Made by a program: the position numbers and the translations under genes. From assembly GCA_902796405.1 (NCBI GenBank), contig CADBOY010000036.1, forward strand, positions 1-33,875: DNA of 33,875 bases, read 5' to 3'. Below, piece after piece: positions 31,918-33,875 of the stretch. The notes beneath the pieces are model-generated. The model did not search any database, was not told the DNA's origin, and saw only the letters and a program-made list of their open reading frames with translations. How positions within the stretch are numbered: the stretch's first letter is position 1; each line of letters starts with the position of its first letter. Source of the stretch: an uncultured Lachnospiraceae bacterium. Its GTDB lineage: Bacteria > Bacillota > Clostridia > Lachnospirales > Lachnospiraceae.

Positions 31918-33549
31918 ATGGCACTGATGACAGCAGAAACGAAACAGGGAACGGTCCGAGGCATTACGGGATGGGACCCCAGAGTCACCGTCTTCCGCGG
32001 CGTTCCGTACGCCAGACCACCAGTGGGAAAGCTGCGCTGGCGCGCTCCGGAACCACCAGCGCACTGGGACGGAGTCCGGGACTGCGCCTGGTTTGCCCCC
32101 TCTGCGATGCAGGACAGATATTTTCCGACCACCGTAGCCGGACTGCCCGCCGTCGGCCGTCCCCATCCCATCCCCGGCGAGATGAGTGAAGACTGCCTGT
32201 ATCTGAACATCTGGACACCGGCAAAGTCACCGGACGAGAAACTGCCCGTCGCGGTCTACATCCACGGCGGCGGCGCCGAGAGCGGATACAGCCATCAGGT
32301 CATCTTCGACGGCGAAGCATTTGCCCGGCGCGGCGTCATCATGGTGACCATTGCCTACCGGCTAGGCATCTTCGGTTTCTTCGCGTTGCCGGAGCTTGCG
32401 GCAGAAGACCTTCATCACTCGACCGGCAACTATGGCCTCATGGATCAGATCGCAGCACTTCGATGGATCAAAGATAATATCTCCTCCTTCGGAGGGGATC
32501 CAGACTGCGTCACAATCTTCGGTCAGTCTGCCGGCGGAAACTGTGTGGAATATCTGTTGGCCTCTCCGGAGGCAGACGGGCTGTACCGGCGCGCCATCAT
32601 GCAGAGCGGCGGCGGCGTCAGCGTCGGTGGAATTTCGGATGAACACAGCATGGACGTACTTCTCGCCAATACCCGCCGGTATCTCTCCGCGGTTGGAGAG
32701 ACAGACCTCCGCCGGCTGCGGCAGATGGATGGACAGTTCCTCCTGGACCGCTTCGTGGAAGCCAAGGGCGGCCCTGGCGCGCCTTTCCAGACGGCCCTCT
32801 GGCCCTGCGTGGACGGATGGATTATCCCTGAGTACACATACCGCCGGTTCCGCCGCGGCAAAACCAGCGCGGACACGGATGTGATGATCGGCTGCACTGC
32901 CGACGAATTCCGCGTGCATGGCTGGCGGATGGCACCCGAAGCCGCCAGGGAACTGGCCGATCACATGTTCGGAAGCGAAGCCGAGCATTTTCTGACCGCT
33001 GTCCACGCGGATGAGCCGGACCGCTGCCAGCCCATCCTCGAAGACTGGATCGGCAATTCGATGCTCGCCGCGGACATCGCCTGGTGCATCAACCAGAACC
33101 GGCTCCGGCGAAAACCATCCTATGCCTACTACATCACCTACGTTCCCCACGGCGCGCACGGCGCCTACCACACGATGGAGCTGCCCTACATCTTCCAGAC
33201 ATTTCCCCGGCTGCGACGGCCGTATACCGGGCATGACTACGATCTCTCGTGCGCGCTCTGCGATCTCTGGACCAATTTCTGCAAAACCGGAGATCCGAAT
33301 CTCTCGGAGCACCAGGCAGGGGAAACTGCGGCAGATCCCGGGGCGCCCGCAAAGCGCAGTGCTGCCGCGGGCAGTATCGCCGCATCATCTGCAGCAGCCT
33401 CTGCTCCGGTGTGGTCTCCCTGGACGGAAGATCAGCAGGAAGCTCTCATCATCGACGGACAGGGCACTGGATTTCACATGGGGAAGATTCCCTTCAACAC
33501 GCAGGCGGATTTTCAGGTCAATTACGTACTGAACACGCTGCCCGTCTGA
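31918..33549 (+). CDS. Type-B carboxylesterase (para-nitrobenzyl esterase-like)
   Basis: The N-terminus FRGVPYARPPVGKLRW is typical. The oxyanion block is VYIHGGGAESG and the nucleophile elbow is IFGQSAGG. There is an Ala/Ser-rich insert near the C-terminus. AAGGAAGG SD. Confidence 0.9.
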   Translation: MALMTAETKQGTVRGITGWDPRVTVFRGVPYARPPVGKLRWRAPEPPAHWDGVRDCAWFAPSAMQDRYFPTTVAGLPAVGRPHPIPGEMSEDCLYLNIWTPAKSPDEKLPVAVYIHGGGAESGYSHQVIFDGEAFARRGVIMVTIAYRLGIFGFFALPELAAEDLHHSTGNYGLMDQIAALRWIKDNISSFGGDPDCVTIFGQSAGGNCVEYLLASPEADGLYRRAIMQSGGGVSVGGISDEHSMDVLLANTRRYLSAVGETDLRRLRQMDGQFLLDRFVEAKGGPGAPFQTALWPCVDGWIIPEYTYRRFRRGKTSADTDVMIGCTADEFRVHGWRMAPEAARELADHMFGSEAEHFLTAVHADEPDRCQPILEDWIGNSMLAADIAWCINQNRLRRKPSYAYYITYVPHGAHGAYHTMELPYIFQTFPRLRRPYTGHDYDLSCALCDLWTNFCKTGDPNLSEHQAGETAADPGAPAKRSAAAGSIAASSAAASAPVWSPWTEDQQEALIIDGQGTGFHMGKIPFNTQADFQVNYVLNTLPV

Positions 33550-33773
33550 ACCCGCTCTCATCGGCCGGGAAGCCGCATGCCAGGGCTCCCGGTCCGCCTG
33601 TATCAGAAACCTGCACTCATCGATCAGGAAACCGGGAAGCGCCTGAGGAACTGGCCAAACTGCTCCGCTGCCGGGCATAATTCAGTCAGTCTGTGCTGCT
33701 CATCGGTTCAAAAAGAGCGAAGACCATAACGGGGTACGCTTCCCTCCGTCCAGAATTTCAGGAGGAACCGGAA

Positions 33774-33875
33774 ATGCTTACTTTTCAGAACAGGATATTC
33801 GCCCACCGGGGACTTCACGGCGACCAGAGCATCGCGCCGGAAAATTCAATGGAAGCCTTCCGGCGGGCCGTCCAC
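33774..33875 (+). CDS. Glycerophosphodiester phosphodiesterase (GDPD family), 5' partial running off the window
   Basis: AGGAGG lies 8 nt before ATG 33774. MLTFQNRIFAHRGLHGDQSIAPENSMEAFRRAVH matches the GDPD N-terminal motif AHRG...PEN(T/S)..AF. Only 34 codons are visible. Confidence 0.7.
   Translation, partial: MLTFQNRIFAHRGLHGDQSIAPENSMEAFRRAVH

Noticed and set aside
33587-33736. A 49-aa plus-strand ORF between the esterase and the GDPD gene.
   Set aside because: The SD is weak and too close (GGGAAG 4 nt before the ATG). The sequence is Cys/Arg-rich and not protein-like, and no supporting features were found.

Overview
This is a 33.9-kb chromosomal segment that looks like a high-GC Clostridia-type Firmicute: AGGAGG-type ribosome-binding sites, several ATGA start/stop overlaps, and hand-counted GC of about 47-67% depending on the gene. 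I support 28 CDSs, 25 of them on the minus strand. From left to right they are: an L,D-transpeptidase; a FucI-like isomerase (+); a deoxyinosine/uracil-type DNA glycosylase; an operon of a 39-aa micro-ORF (not in the ORF track), a cupin and a fused ABC exporter; a CBS protein and an Fe-alcohol dehydrogenase; an AlgJ/DltD-like membrane protein; a zinc-ribbon membrane protein translationally coupled to a papain-like protein; dapL; purF; a Sel1-repeat protein; a PucR-type regulator; and a URO-D-like protein. An 11.6-kb co-directional block follows: rarA, three uncharacterised genes (a 1178-aa protein, a lid-less Hsp70 paralogue and a 273-aa helical protein), aroK, a divergent ispF, ispE, ybaK, ispD and an RluA-type pseudouridine synthase. 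The window ends with a type-B carboxylesterase (+) and the 5' end of a GDPD gene (+). I saw no rRNA, tRNA, CRISPR array, transposase/integrase or recognisable defence genes. The two most interesting items are (1) a 176-nt element at 19457-19632 that folds into a tightly closed four-way junction (64 bp by hand), upstream of the URO-D-like/PucR pair, which I could not assign to any RNA family; and (2) the uncharacterised three-gene module at 24071-29758. Secondary items are a divergent IspF lacking a canonical Zn ligand, in-frame tandem-repeat insertions in ispD and in the zinc-ribbon gene, two non-coding tandem-repeat arrays, an operator-like palindrome, and a roughly 150-nt purF leader. All functional calls come from motifs I recognise by eye. 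No database search, folding program or statistics were run.
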